A DNA stretch of 64,000 nucleotides. Source: Fimbriimonadaceae bacterium. Lineage in GTDB: Bacteria > Armatimonadota > UBA10988. Positions 53,932 through 63,956 of this stretch are shown one piece after another. The DNA lies in assembly GCA_020850355.1 (NCBI GenBank), contig JADZEX010000026.1, positions 8,110-72,109 on the forward strand, read 5' to 3'. The number at the start of each line of letters is the position of its first letter. Positions within the stretch are counted from its first letter, which is position 1. Under the pieces are notes generated by a model. It had not been told where the DNA came from. It saw only the letters and a list, made by a program, of their open reading frames with translations, and did not search any database. The position numbers and the translations under genes are program-made.

Positions 53932-54969
53932 CTATGGGGCGACGGGCAGGTGGACCCAGGTGCCCGACTCGATGGACTGCTCCATCGCGACAACCATCTC
54001 GAGGGCCTTGTAGCCTTCTTCGCCCGGCACCGGGTTCGGCTGGCGGCCCAGGATGGCGTCGACGAAGTCTTGGATCACGCCGAGCCACCACTTGTCCTGG
54101 GTGTTCGCCTGCATCCCGCCGACGGGGTACTCGGTGCGGCCCTTGAGGTCCTTGTCGTAGACCACAATCGGGGCGCCCGGTTCGACGTTCAGCCGCAGCA
54201 CGCCCTTCTCGCAGAAGGCGCTGAAGCTGTTGTCCTCGGTGCCGTGGCAGGTCCAGCTCGTCGAGATGGTGCCCAGCGCGCCGTTGTCGAACACCACCAG
54301 CGCCTGGCTGTTGTCCTCGACCGTGCCGTCCTTCTCCAAGGTGGCCTTGCTGGCGATGATCTGCTTGGCTTCCAGGCCGGTCAGGTAACGCACCAGGTCG
54401 CACTTGTGGACGCCCAGGTCGGCCAACGGGCCGAAGCCGGAGATCGACTTGTTGAAGAACCAGGCGGCGGTCTTCGACCAGCCCTCGGGGCCGGGGTGGG
54501 CGAAGGTGGTCTGGATGTGGTAGATCCGGCCGAGCAGCCCCGACTGCAGGATCTCGCGGGCCTTGCGGTGCATCGGCGAGTAGCGCTGCGACTGGTCGAT
54601 CATCAGGACCAGGTCCTTGGCCTTGGCGGCGTCGATCATCGCCTGCGCATCGGCCAGGGTCAGCGCCATCGGCTTTTCGCAGAGCACGTGCACGCCGGCG
54701 TTGAGGGCGGCGAGGCTGACCGGGGCGTGCTTGATGTTGCGCTCGCAGACGCTGATGGCCTGCACCCCGCTGGCCAGGAAGGCGTCCAGGTCGTCGTAGA
54801 ACTTCACGCCCTGCGGCTCGTACTCGGCGATCACGTCCTGGCAGAAGGAGAGGTTCTCGTTGTACATCGCCACGAGCTGGCAGTCCGGGGACTCCGCGTA
54901 CTCGTGAATGTGCAGGACCTTTGCAATCTGCCCGACGCCGGCGACGCCGACCTTCAGCTTCTCACCCAT
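53932..54969 (-). CDS. Gfo/Idh/MocA family NAD(P)-dependent oxidoreductase
   Basis: AAGGAG SD. KVGVAGVGQIAK Rossmann motif, EKPMA motif, C-terminal alpha/beta domain. The ORF-track extension to 57678 is rejected. Confidence 0.85.
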   Translation of the reverse strand: MGEKLKVGVAGVGQIAKVLHIHEYAESPDCQLVAMYNENLSFCQDVIAEYEPQGVKFYDDLDAFLASGVQAISVCERNIKHAPVSLAALNAGVHVLCEKPMALTLADAQAMIDAAKAKDLVLMIDQSQRYSPMHRKAREILQSGLLGRIYHIQTTFAHPGPEGWSKTAAWFFNKSISGFGPLADLGVHKCDLVRYLTGLEAKQIIASKATLEKDGTVEDNSQALVVFDNGALGTISTSWTCHGTEDNSFSAFCEKGVLRLNVEPGAPIVVYDKDLKGRTEYPVGGMQANTQDKWWLGVIQDFVDAILGRQPNPVPGEEGYKALEMVVAMEQSIESGTWVHLPVAP

Positions 54970-55203
54970 GCCAATCTCCTTTGAGCCAACCGTGCTCCGG
55001 AGGTCGGACCGCGTGGGGGCGTCGCCGGTCGAACCAAGGCCGGCTGCCGGGGACGACAGCCGCGGCCCGCGCGGTGCTCGCCGTGACGACCCGGAGCAGC
55101 GGGACGCGCGGAGTCTAAACCGTTGCCCGGCCGACGTCAACACGGTGCCGAGGATTGGCGCGCCGGCCGCCGAACTCCGCGCGCAGCCACTGCGGAGCGA
55201 GCG

Positions 55204-56412
55204 ATGCCCTACGAACTGACGGTTGGCGGGCCGGCCGCCGACCTGGCCGGCCACGACCACCTGGCGATCCAGGCCGCCATCGACTACCTCGCCGCCCGAG
55301 GCGGCGGCACCGTCCGTCTGCCGCCTGGCACCTGGCGCCTCGGCAACGCCGTGCGGCTCCGCCGCGGGATCACCCTGCGCGGCGCCGGTGTCGACACCGT
55401 GCTGCGCAAGGAGCCGTCGGAGACCGTCGCCATCGTCGAGGATGTCGACTGGTTCGAGCACCGCGTGGTGGTCGCCGATGCCCGCCCCTTCCGGGTCGGC
55501 GGCGGCATCCAGCTGCGCGGCCGCTGCCCGCACTACGGCCAGACGCAGATCACCATCTCCACCGTGGCCGCCGTCGACGGCCAGACGCTGTGGCTGGAAC
55601 AGGCCGGTCGCGGCCTGGGCGACCCGGCCCACCACGGCAACTTCTGGGTCGGCTACGAGCCCACGGCCAGCACGTTGCATAGCCTGCTGACCGCCAACTG
55701 GGCGACCGACCTGGCCATCGCCGATTTGCGGTTGGACGGCAACCGGGAGCAGTCCGGCGAGCTGAACGGCAACTACGGCGGGGCGATCTACCTGCAGGAC
55801 TGCCAGCGCGTGCAGCTTGACCGACTGCATGTCGGCAACATGCTCAGCGACGGCGTCAGCTTCCAGGTGGTCCACGACCTGTCCGTCCAGGACTGCACCT
55901 TCGAGGGCCTCGACCAGGGCATTCACCCCGGCAGCGGCTCGCAGCGGCCGCAGATTCGACGCAACCAGATCCGCCACTGCCGACGTCACGGGCTGTCGTG
56001 GTGCTGGGGCGTCCAGCAGGGCCTCGCCGCGGACAACCTGATCGAAGACTGCACCATCGGCAGCTCGATCGGCCACCGCGACACGCACAACGTGATCCGC
56101 GGCAACACCATCCGGCGCTGTCCGGGCGGTGGGCTGGTCTATCGCGACGACCCGCCCCACCAGGCGGCGCACGACAACCTGGTCGAGGGCAACCGCTTTG
56201 AGGACATCGGCACCCTGGACCAACCCGGCTACGGCATCGACCTGGCCGGCCCCGTCGAGCGCAACGTGCTGCGGGGCAACGTGGTGGTCTGCACCCAACC
56301 CGGACGGATGCGGGCCGCCATCCGGATCGGACCAACCGCCGGCGAAGTGACCCTCACCGACAACCGTGGCGAGGGGCTGCCGGAAGTGGTCCGCGATGAG
56401 CGACCGGCGTAG
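55204..56412 (+). CDS. Right-handed parallel beta-helix repeat protein (pectate-lyase/GH28-like fold)
   Basis: Repeated NxxIxxN/GxxI coils (NLIEDCTIG, NVIRGNTIRRC, NLVEGNRFE, NVLRGNVVV). No signal peptide seen. Confidence 0.6.
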   Translation: MPYELTVGGPAADLAGHDHLAIQAAIDYLAARGGGTVRLPPGTWRLGNAVRLRRGITLRGAGVDTVLRKEPSETVAIVEDVDWFEHRVVVADARPFRVGGGIQLRGRCPHYGQTQITISTVAAVDGQTLWLEQAGRGLGDPAHHGNFWVGYEPTASTLHSLLTANWATDLAIADLRLDGNREQSGELNGNYGGAIYLQDCQRVQLDRLHVGNMLSDGVSFQVVHDLSVQDCTFEGLDQGIHPGSGSQRPQIRRNQIRHCRRHGLSWCWGVQQGLAADNLIEDCTIGSSIGHRDTHNVIRGNTIRRCPGGGLVYRDDPPHQAAHDNLVEGNRFEDIGTLDQPGYGIDLAGPVERNVLRGNVVVCTQPGRMRAAIRIGPTAGEVTLTDNRGEGLPEVVRDERPA

Positions 56413-56478
56413 CGCCGCGCGGAAGCTGGACCGCCATCGCCAAGTCGGACAACGCTGCGTTGACCCCGGGAATCTGCC

Positions 56479-59400
56479 ATGCTCGCTTCGTTCTCTCTCG
56501 CTCTCGCGGCCATCGGCCAGTTGGCGACCCCTGCCCCGCAGGTGCGTCAGGAGCAGGGCTGGCCGGTCCTCAGTGCCGGCGGCCTGACGCTCTGCGTCCC
56601 GGCCGACGGGGCGGGGGTGCGGCTGTTCCTGCACGACGCGCCGGTCGCGCTGCCGCTGCCGGCCGGGCTGCCCGACGGGGCCCGGTGGGTGCTGCCGCAG
56701 GGGACGCTGACCGAGCGCTGGGGAACCTGGTCCGAGCGGCCGGGCACGCTCACGCGGCAGGTGCAGTTCACCAACACCAGCGGCGCGCGGGTCGATCTGA
56801 CGGGCGTGGAGCTGCTGCTCACCGGGGCGCCCGGCAGCAGCGTGCGCAACCTCGGCGGGCGCTTCAGTTGCCTCACCGCGCCCGGGCTGCGTGGGACGCT
56901 GGTGGTGGGCTTCGCCAGCCCGGACGACGACGCCAGTGCGCTGGAGGTGGGCGGCCCAGCGCAGCGGTTGGGGCACCGCGTGCGGACCGCCTGGCGCCTG
57001 GAGCCGGGGCAGACCGCCACCATTGGCACGCAGTACCTCTGGCTCGATCCCGGCGACCTGGCGACCGGCGCGCTGGCGAGCATCCACGACTGGTACGACC
57101 GGCTGGGCTACCGCTTGGCCGACGGCGGGCCCGACTGGTTCCGCGACGCACTGGTCTATCAGGTCTCCGCCGGCGGCAGTGTCGATTCGCGTTTCGGCGA
57201 TGGCGGGGGGTTCCTGGCACTCGCGCAGCAGCTCGACTACCTGGCCGACCTGGGGTTCAACGCCACCTGGCTGATGAGCGTGACGACCCACAAGCTGCCC
57301 GCCGACCCGTTGCAGGGCTGGAACCTCTACGGACCGCGGCGCTTCGACCAGGTCGACCCGGCCTACGGCGGCGACGCCGAGCTGCGGCAGTTGATGGCCG
57401 GCTTCCGGGCACGGGGCTTCCGCGTGCTCGGCGAGATCGTCCCCCACGGCGGCGTGGTGCCCGCGTTGATGGAGCATCCGGAGTGGTGGACCTACGACCG
57501 CGCCGGGCAGCACGTGCGGTTGTTTGGCGAGGCGCCCGACTACTCCCAACCGGGCTGGCAGGCCGTGGTGCAGGAGACCATCACCCGGTTGACGCGCGAG
57601 TTCGGGTTCGATGGCTACCGGGTCGACGTGGCGCCCGGCTTCGGGGTCAACTGGCACGGCACCCACAACCTGCCGCACGTCTCACGCTCGACGCTGGGCG
57701 GGTCGACCGCCATGTTGCGAGCGATCCGCGCCGGCGCCGTGGCGGGCGGGGCGTCGCAGCCGGCGATCGTGCCCGAGAGCCTGGAGACGCCGGCCTACGT
57801 CAGCGTCGCGCCGGTGGGCTACGGCTTTCCGCTGATCAACCTGGTGGAGCGCCTGATCGCCAACAGCGCCGCCCCGGCGGAAATGGTGCGCACGATCCGC
57901 GAGCATCTGCTCGAGGAGCAGGCGGCGTTGCCGCGGGACATGATCGTCTGGCGGTCGCTGGCGAACCACGACACCGTGGTCGACCACGGCCGCGCCGACC
58001 GGCGCTTCGGGGTCGGGCTGCAGCAGGCGCTGGTCGGGCTGACCTGCGTGATCGACGGCGTGCCGCTGGTCTACCATGAGCAGGAGACCGGCAGTTTCCA
58101 CGCCTACCGCCGGCTCTTCTGGGCCCGCCGCCGGGTGCCCGAGCTGCGGCGCGGCGCGGCCGACTACCGGCTGCTGGCCGACCAGGTGCCGCCGGGAGTC
58201 TTTGCCGTGCGCCGGGTGCTGGCCGGCCGGCAGGCCGTCGGCCTCGTCAACCTCACGCCGCAGTCCGTCAGTGGCACCTTGCCGCGCGGCGCGCTGGGCG
58301 GCGTGCCGGCGGGCACGGTCTGCTACGAAGCCGTCGCCGAGGGCCAGGTGAAGCTGGCCGCCACCGGCCTGGCCTGGCGGCTGGAGCCGTACGGCACGGC
58401 GGTCTACCGCCTCGGCGCGGCGCCGGAGGGCAGCCGGCCGGCGCTCGCCACGAAGGTCGCGGTGAGCCTGCCATGGCGGTCGCGGACGCTGCCCGACGGC
58501 TGGCAGTTCGCCGCGACCCCGGCGGACGCTGCGCCGACCATCGAGCCGCAGGCAGACGGCAGCCTGCGCCTGCAGTTCAGCGCGGCGGGACCGCAGCAGC
58601 GCTGCACGCTCCGTCCGCCAGCCTGGGCCCAGTGGGCGGTGCAGACGGTCACCGGGGTCTACAGCGACCTGGCGCAGCGGCGCCACTTCCCGTGGCCCGG
58701 GAACCGCTTCCCGTGGACACCGAACCAGGTCTGGGGCAACGAGCCGCACCACCTCTACGCCGGCACGTTGCCGGTTGGGCGCGTCTGGCAGAGCGTCGTG
58801 GCGCCGCTGGCACCTGGCGGTCAGATCGCCTTCGCGGGCGCGGATGGCCGGGGCGTGGTGGTGCGCGAGGTTCGTACCAACGCCGCGAATGTGGTGCTGC
58901 AACAGGAGCCTGACGGCGCGCTGGAGCTGCGTTGGCTGCTGACCGACCCGGCGCTGCGCCGCGATTGGACGCCGGGCTACCGGGGCAATCCCTGGGTCAA
59001 GGTGCAGCAGGCACCCCCGCCCGAGCCGGGCAGCCTGACCGTCGAACTGGTCCTGGCGCCGCTCGACCGGTTCGCCGAGTTCTGCGCCCAGGCGCCACCG
59101 CCGCAGGCCTTCCAGCGACCTACGGCCCAGGTCGGCCCCGGGCCGCACCACCTGTCGCTCGGGCGGCTCTGGCTGATCGAGCCGAACACGGTCGATTGGC
59201 AGCAGATCGATGTCCCGGCCGACGGGAAGTACGACCTGCTGCTGGAGCTGCGCCACAGCGAGCGCGCGGGCAGCGAGACCGAACTGACGGAGCATTACCG
59301 GCTGCGCTTCGACGACCGCCCGTTGAGCTTCACCTGGCAGCAGCTCCACACCTGGAGCACCGGCAACGGCTACTTTGGCCGCGTCCGGATCCCGCTCGGC

Positions 59401-59493
59401 GAGCTGTCCGCGGGCCGGCACCGGCTGCACCTGCAGACCACCCACACCTGGTGCGCGCTAGGCCTGCCGGTGGAGCTGGTCGCGGCGCGTTGA
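56479..59493 (+). CDS. GH13 (alpha-amylase family) glycoside hydrolase with long C-terminal beta-rich extension
   Basis: Signal peptide. Region II nucleophile motif GFDGYRVDVA. Region I-like LADLGFNATWLMSV. Downstream HxxxD-like residues. Confidence 0.65.
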   Translation: MLASFSLALAAIGQLATPAPQVRQEQGWPVLSAGGLTLCVPADGAGVRLFLHDAPVALPLPAGLPDGARWVLPQGTLTERWGTWSERPGTLTRQVQFTNTSGARVDLTGVELLLTGAPGSSVRNLGGRFSCLTAPGLRGTLVVGFASPDDDASALEVGGPAQRLGHRVRTAWRLEPGQTATIGTQYLWLDPGDLATGALASIHDWYDRLGYRLADGGPDWFRDALVYQVSAGGSVDSRFGDGGGFLALAQQLDYLADLGFNATWLMSVTTHKLPADPLQGWNLYGPRRFDQVDPAYGGDAELRQLMAGFRARGFRVLGEIVPHGGVVPALMEHPEWWTYDRAGQHVRLFGEAPDYSQPGWQAVVQETITRLTREFGFDGYRVDVAPGFGVNWHGTHNLPHVSRSTLGGSTAMLRAIRAGAVAGGASQPAIVPESLETPAYVSVAPVGYGFPLINLVERLIANSAAPAEMVRTIREHLLEEQAALPRDMIVWRSLANHDTVVDHGRADRRFGVGLQQALVGLTCVIDGVPLVYHEQETGSFHAYRRLFWARRRVPELRRGAADYRLLADQVPPGVFAVRRVLAGRQAVGLVNLTPQSVSGTLPRGALGGVPAGTVCYEAVAEGQVKLAATGLAWRLEPYGTAVYRLGAAPEGSRPALATKVAVSLPWRSRTLPDGWQFAATPADAAPTIEPQADGSLRLQFSAAGPQQRCTLRPPAWAQWAVQTVTGVYSDLAQRRHFPWPGNRFPWTPNQVWGNEPHHLYAGTLPVGRVWQSVVAPLAPGGQIAFAGADGRGVVVREVRTNAANVVLQQEPDGALELRWLLTDPALRRDWTPGYRGNPWVKVQQAPPPEPGSLTVELVLAPLDRFAEFCAQAPPPQAFQRPTAQVGPGPHHLSLGRLWLIEPNTVDWQQIDVPADGKYDLLLELRHSERAGSETELTEHYRLRFDDRPLSFTWQQLHTWSTGNGYFGRVRIPLGELSAGRHRLHLQTTHTWCALGLPVELVAAR

Positions 59494-59509
59494 GGGCGGC
59501 CGGGCGGGT

Positions 59510-59538
59510 TTGACAAGGCCTCCGGTCGGCACTAGAAT
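59510..59538 (+). promoter_or_regulatory. Near-consensus sigma70 promoter (TTGACA-17-TAGAAT) for the Uma2 gene, implying a leaderless transcript
   Basis: TTGACA 59510-59515, 17-nt spacer, TAGAAT 59533-59538, ATG at 59546 (7 nt after the -10). Confidence 0.45.
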
Positions 59539-59545
59539 CCAGACC

Positions 59546-60130
59546 ATGATCGAAATGGCGCCGGCCCCGCAGGAGATCACTCCGGAAGCCTACCTGGCGG
59601 CGGAGTTGACAGCCGACACGCGCAGCGAGTACGTCGGCGGACAGGTGTTGCCCATGCCCGGCGTGAGTGCCGTCCACGACCGTATCTGCCGCAACCTGGA
59701 CCATGCCCTGGAGTCCTTCCTGGCCGACCATCCCTGCACGGTCCACGGGCCCGATCTGAAGCTCAAGCTGTACGAGGGGAACTCCTACTTCTACCCCGAC
59801 CTGATGGTCTGCTGCGACCCGGCCGACAATGCCACCTACTGGCGCGAGCGGCCCCGCTACCTCTTCGAGATCAGCTCGCCCGAGACGAAGCGCCACGACG
59901 ACGAAACCAAGGCCATCGCTTACTGGCATCTCAGCAGCGTCGAGGCGTACGTGCAGGTCTGGCAGGACGGCCTGCAGATCGCGGTCCACGGCCGTGCCGC
60001 GGGGCGGGGCTGGTGGGACACCGTCAAGTTGACCGAGCCGGCCGACGAGTTGCGCCTGGAGGGGCTGGGGTTCGTCACCACGCTGGCCCAGGTCTACCGC
60101 CGCACCGGTCTGCTGCCCAGCCCGGCCTGA
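59546..60130 (+). CDS. Uma2-family (DUF820) putative restriction-endonuclease-like protein
   Basis: YVGGQVLPMP...HDRICRNL...PDLMV...FEISSPET is the PD-(D/E)xK-like Uma2 pattern. Confidence 0.7.
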   Translation: MIEMAPAPQEITPEAYLAAELTADTRSEYVGGQVLPMPGVSAVHDRICRNLDHALESFLADHPCTVHGPDLKLKLYEGNSYFYPDLMVCCDPADNATYWRERPRYLFEISSPETKRHDDETKAIAYWHLSSVEAYVQVWQDGLQIAVHGRAAGRGWWDTVKLTEPADELRLEGLGFVTTLAQVYRRTGLLPSPA

Positions 60131-60181
60131 CGCGGCAGGACTGCCGCGGGAGGCCGGCGAACACCGTCTGCGGAGCCGGCC

Positions 60182-62056
60182 ATGGGACCGCTGGTCGCCC
60201 TGTTGACCCTCGCCGCCGAGCCGCTGGCCTACCCGGCGGCGATCTACCCGGACCAGCCGCTGGTGCGGCCCACGACCGCCGTGGCGCCGGCGCCGGCCGG
60301 CGCGGAGGGGTACGGGTTCGAGGAACCCTGTCCGCTGCAGCCGCGCCGCAGCGTGAGCATCTCGGCGGGCGGTGATGGCCAGACCGACTGCTCCCCCGCC
60401 CTGTCTGCGGCGCTCGCCAGCGGGGCCGATGAGGTCGTCTTCGGACCTGGCCGCTTCCTGCTGCGGCCCGCCGCCGGCCTCAGCGACGAGTGGTCCATCG
60501 TCACCATCGCCGATCGCCGTGGCCTGCTGATCCGTGGGCAGGGCGACGCCACCTCGTTGGTGGCTGGGGATCCCACCCGCGGACTGCTCCGCTGGGTCGA
60601 CTGCCAGAACGTGGCGCTGCGCGCGCTGCGGGTCGACTACAACCCGCTGCCGTTCACCCAAGGCCGGGTGACGGCGGCCGACGCCGCGGGCGGGAGCCTC
60701 GAGCTGGCGGTCGATCCGGACTACCCCTCGCCCGCGGCCATCGCGGCTGGGCCGGCGGAGTTGGGCGGGCTGTACCGCCTGCAGCAGTCGGCCGACGGCC
60801 AGATCCGCTGGCCGCAGCTCAGCCACTGGAGCGCGACGCAGCCGGAGCGGCAGGCCGGGGGCACCTGGCGCCTGCGCAGCAACGGGGCCGGCGACCTGCA
60901 ACCCGGCGACCGGCTGATCTGGATTGCCCGCCGCGTCGCGCAACACGCCGTGTCGTTCTGGCGTTGCCAGCGCGTCTGGATCGACGGCTTGACGGTCCAC
61001 GCCTCGCCCGGCACCGGGCTGCTGCTCTACAGCACCGCCAGCGTGCAGATCCGGCGATACGCCGACCTCGCCCCGACCGGCTCCAACCGCCTGCTGGCGA
61101 CCAACGCCGACGGCACCTTTGTGCATGGCTGCCGCGATGGGCTGAGTCTCACTGACAGCAGCTACCTCGGCCAGGGCGACGACTGTGTCAACCTGCACAG
61201 TCCGGCCTGGCACGGCCGCAGCCTGCAGGTCCTCGATCCGCAGCAGGTCGTGGCGCTGGGCGAGGACGACTTCCGGGCGGGCGATGTGCTCGAGGTGATG
61301 GACCCCGCGGCCGGCCGGTTGAAGGGGCAGGTGACTGTGCGCACCGCCGCGCGCGAGCGCACCGGCAGCCGGCTGACGCTGGCACCGGGGCTCGACACGA
61401 TCGGCTTCGACCCGGCCACCGACCGGCTCTACAACACTCACCTGGCGGTCCCCCGGTTTCGCCTGGCGCGCAACTACTTCGGTCCGCACCGGGGCCGCAC
61501 GCTGCTGCTGCAGGCCCGCGACGGGGTGATCGAACAGAACACCTGCGAGAACGCCGAGGGCTACGGGCTGGTGCTGAGCTACGGCGGCACGGCCTGGTCG
61601 GAGGGCGTCGTGCCGCAGCGCGTGACGATCCGCGACAACCTCTTCCGGAACCTCACCAACGTGGGCCTGGCGGCGGTGATCGAGATCTTCGACGGCGCCA
61701 GCGAGCGCCACTTCCGCGATCTGCGAATCGAGCGCAACACCTTTGAGAACCCCCGCAAGATGGCGATCCGCGCGACCGGCGTCGACGGGCTGCAGTTGGT
61801 CGACAACCGCATCCGCACCGCCCTCGGCCGGCGGCAGACCTGGTGCGACCCGCTCTGGTGGAAGGTCGACGTCGCGGTGCTCCTGGAGCGCTGCGGCCGG
61901 GTGGAGCTGCGGGGGCTGGAGCTGGACGACCCCAACCTGACCGGGGCTGGCGTCTGGATCAGCGCCGACTGCGACCCCGGGGACGGCGTCCGGGTCAGCG
62001 GTGTCCGGGCGGTGCTGCCGGCCGGGGTGCCGCCGGTCAAGGACCTGCGGCCGTAG
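60182..62056 (+). CDS. Secreted right-handed beta-helix protein (pectate-lyase-superfamily)
   Basis: Signal peptide MGPLVALLTLAAEP. Multiple parallel beta-helix coils (IRDNLFRNLTNVG, IERNTFENP, LVDNRIRTA). Confidence 0.6.
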   Translation: MGPLVALLTLAAEPLAYPAAIYPDQPLVRPTTAVAPAPAGAEGYGFEEPCPLQPRRSVSISAGGDGQTDCSPALSAALASGADEVVFGPGRFLLRPAAGLSDEWSIVTIADRRGLLIRGQGDATSLVAGDPTRGLLRWVDCQNVALRALRVDYNPLPFTQGRVTAADAAGGSLELAVDPDYPSPAAIAAGPAELGGLYRLQQSADGQIRWPQLSHWSATQPERQAGGTWRLRSNGAGDLQPGDRLIWIARRVAQHAVSFWRCQRVWIDGLTVHASPGTGLLLYSTASVQIRRYADLAPTGSNRLLATNADGTFVHGCRDGLSLTDSSYLGQGDDCVNLHSPAWHGRSLQVLDPQQVVALGEDDFRAGDVLEVMDPAAGRLKGQVTVRTAARERTGSRLTLAPGLDTIGFDPATDRLYNTHLAVPRFRLARNYFGPHRGRTLLLQARDGVIEQNTCENAEGYGLVLSYGGTAWSEGVVPQRVTIRDNLFRNLTNVGLAAVIEIFDGASERHFRDLRIERNTFENPRKMAIRATGVDGLQLVDNRIRTALGRRQTWCDPLWWKVDVAVLLERCGRVELRGLELDDPNLTGAGVWISADCDPGDGVRVSGVRAVLPAGVPPVKDLRP

Positions 62057-62127
62057 CGACGGCGGGTGGTCTTGACCGGCGCCTTCTTTCGGCGCATTCT
62101 CAGAAGTGCTGAGACGGGAGCAACAAG

Positions 62128-63168
62128 TTGGCAGTAGCAGCGCCGATTCGGGTCGGCATCGTGGGAGTAGGCCGGGCCGGGTGGGGGATGCACCGCGGCG
62201 AACTGGACGCGCAGGGCGGTTTTCAGATCGTCGCGGCGTGCGACCGGATCGCCGAGCGCGCCGAGCGGCTGGCGGCTGAACGCGGCGCCCGGGCCTACAC
62301 CGACTACCGCGACCTGGTGGCCGATCCGGCGGTCGACCTGGTGGTCACCGCAACGCGCTCGGACACCCATGCCGCGATCAACATCGCGGCGCTGGAGGCC
62401 GGCAAGCATGTGATCGCCGAGAAGCCCTTCGCCACCTCGGTGGCCCAGGCCGACCAGCAGATCGCCGTCGCCGCGCGCAGTGCCGGACGGCTGCTGGTGC
62501 GGCAGAATCGGCGCTGGGACCCGGCCTGGCTGCACATCAAGGAGATCCTCTCCGCCGGGCTGCTGGGTGAGATCCAGCAGGTCCGGCTGTACCGCCACAA
62601 CTACAGCCGGCGGGCCGACTGGCAGACGCTCAAGGCGTTCAGCGGCGGGCTGCTCAACAACTGGGGCCCGCACATCATCGACCATGCCCTGCTGATCCTG
62701 CAGTCGCCCATCGTCAGCCTGTGGAGCGACCTGCGCAACGTCGCTGCGGCGGGCGACGCCGAGGACAGCTTCAAGATTTGCCTGCGCGGCGCCAACGGCC
62801 GGCTGGCCGACCTCGAGGTGACCGGCGGGATGGCCCTCGGCGCGCCGTGCTGGCAACTCTACGGCAGTCAGGGCGCGTTGGAAGTGGATGCCCAGGAGCG
62901 CACGCTGCGGCTGCGTTACCACGACCGTAGCGCCCTGCCGCCGGTGGTTGCCGACCCGAGCGACCCGCCGATGGAAGGCAACTTCGGCAGCGCCATCAGC
63001 ATCCCGTGGGTCGACCAGACCATCGCCGTCGCCCCGCAAGACCAGCGGCGCTTCTACGACGTGGTCTACGAGGCGCTGACCACCGACAGTGAGTTCCCCG
63101 TGCGGCTGGAGGAGGCCCGGCAGGTCGTCTGGGTCACCGAGATGGCCCGCCGCGGCAGTGGGTTCTGA
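62128..63168 (+). CDS. Gfo/Idh/MocA family oxidoreductase
   Basis: TTG start with a GGGAG SD. IRVGIVGVGRAG Rossmann motif, AEKPFA motif. Confidence 0.75.
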   Translation: MAVAAPIRVGIVGVGRAGWGMHRGELDAQGGFQIVAACDRIAERAERLAAERGARAYTDYRDLVADPAVDLVVTATRSDTHAAINIAALEAGKHVIAEKPFATSVAQADQQIAVAARSAGRLLVRQNRRWDPAWLHIKEILSAGLLGEIQQVRLYRHNYSRRADWQTLKAFSGGLLNNWGPHIIDHALLILQSPIVSLWSDLRNVAAAGDAEDSFKICLRGANGRLADLEVTGGMALGAPCWQLYGSQGALEVDAQERTLRLRYHDRSALPPVVADPSDPPMEGNFGSAISIPWVDQTIAVAPQDQRRFYDVVYEALTTDSEFPVRLEEARQVVWVTEMARRGSGF

Positions 63169-63185
63169 GTACGAAGGAGTAACCG

Positions 63186-63956
63186 ATGGCCGACCCCCGC
63201 ATCGCGGCGCAGCTCTATACGCTGCGCGACTACCTCAAGACTCCCGCCGACATCGCCGTGAGCCTGCCGAAAGTCGCCCGTCTCGGCTACAAGGCCGTCC
63301 AGACTTCGGGCCTGGGACCGATCGACGACGCCGAACTGCGCCGGATCACCGACGGCGAGGGCCTCGAGATCGTCGCGACGCACGTCGGGATCGACGGCAT
63401 CCTGAACGACACCGCGCGGGTCATCGCGCAGCACCAGACCTACGGCTGCCGCCACGTCGGGATCGGCGGCCTGCCGGGCGAGGCCACTGCGGCGGGCTAT
63501 CTTGAGCGGGCCCGCCAGTGCACCGCCGCCGCCGAGAAGCTGGCCGCCGCCGGGTTGACCTTCAGCTACCACAACCACAACCACGAGCTGCAGATCTTCG
63601 ACGGCCAGCCCGGCCTGCAGATCATGCTGGCGAACTCCAGCGCGGCGGTCTGCTTCGAGATCGACACCTACTGGATCCAGGCCGGCGGCGGCGATCCGGC
63701 CGCCTGGATCACCAAGGTGGCCGGCCGCTGCCCGTTGCTCCACTACAAGGACATGGCGGTGGTCGGGCGCGACCAGAAGTTTGCGCCAGTCGGCGCCGGC
63801 AACCTCAACTGGCCGGCCATCAACGCCGCCGCGAGGGCGGCCGGGGCGGAGTTCGTGATCGTCGAGCAGGACCGCTGTGAGATCGATCCGACTGACCCGT
63901 TCGAGGCCTTGGGCCTGAGTCTGCGCAACCTGCAGGCGATGGGCCTGCCGCTCTGA
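63186..63956 (+). CDS. Sugar phosphate isomerase/epimerase (xylose-isomerase-like TIM barrel)
   Basis: YHNHNHE, FEIDTYW and EQD metal ligands. Confidence 0.8.
   Translation: MADPRIAAQLYTLRDYLKTPADIAVSLPKVARLGYKAVQTSGLGPIDDAELRRITDGEGLEIVATHVGIDGILNDTARVIAQHQTYGCRHVGIGGLPGEATAAGYLERARQCTAAAEKLAAAGLTFSYHNHNHELQIFDGQPGLQIMLANSSAAVCFEIDTYWIQAGGGDPAAWITKVAGRCPLLHYKDMAVVGRDQKFAPVGAGNLNWPAINAAARAAGAEFVIVEQDRCEIDPTDPFEALGLSLRNLQAMGLPL

Noticed and set aside
54970-57678. 5' extension of the Gfo/Idh/MocA ORF to 1248 aa
   Set aside because: The true start is the ATG at 54969 with an AAGGAG SD. The upstream part is antisense to the beta-helix and GH13 genes.
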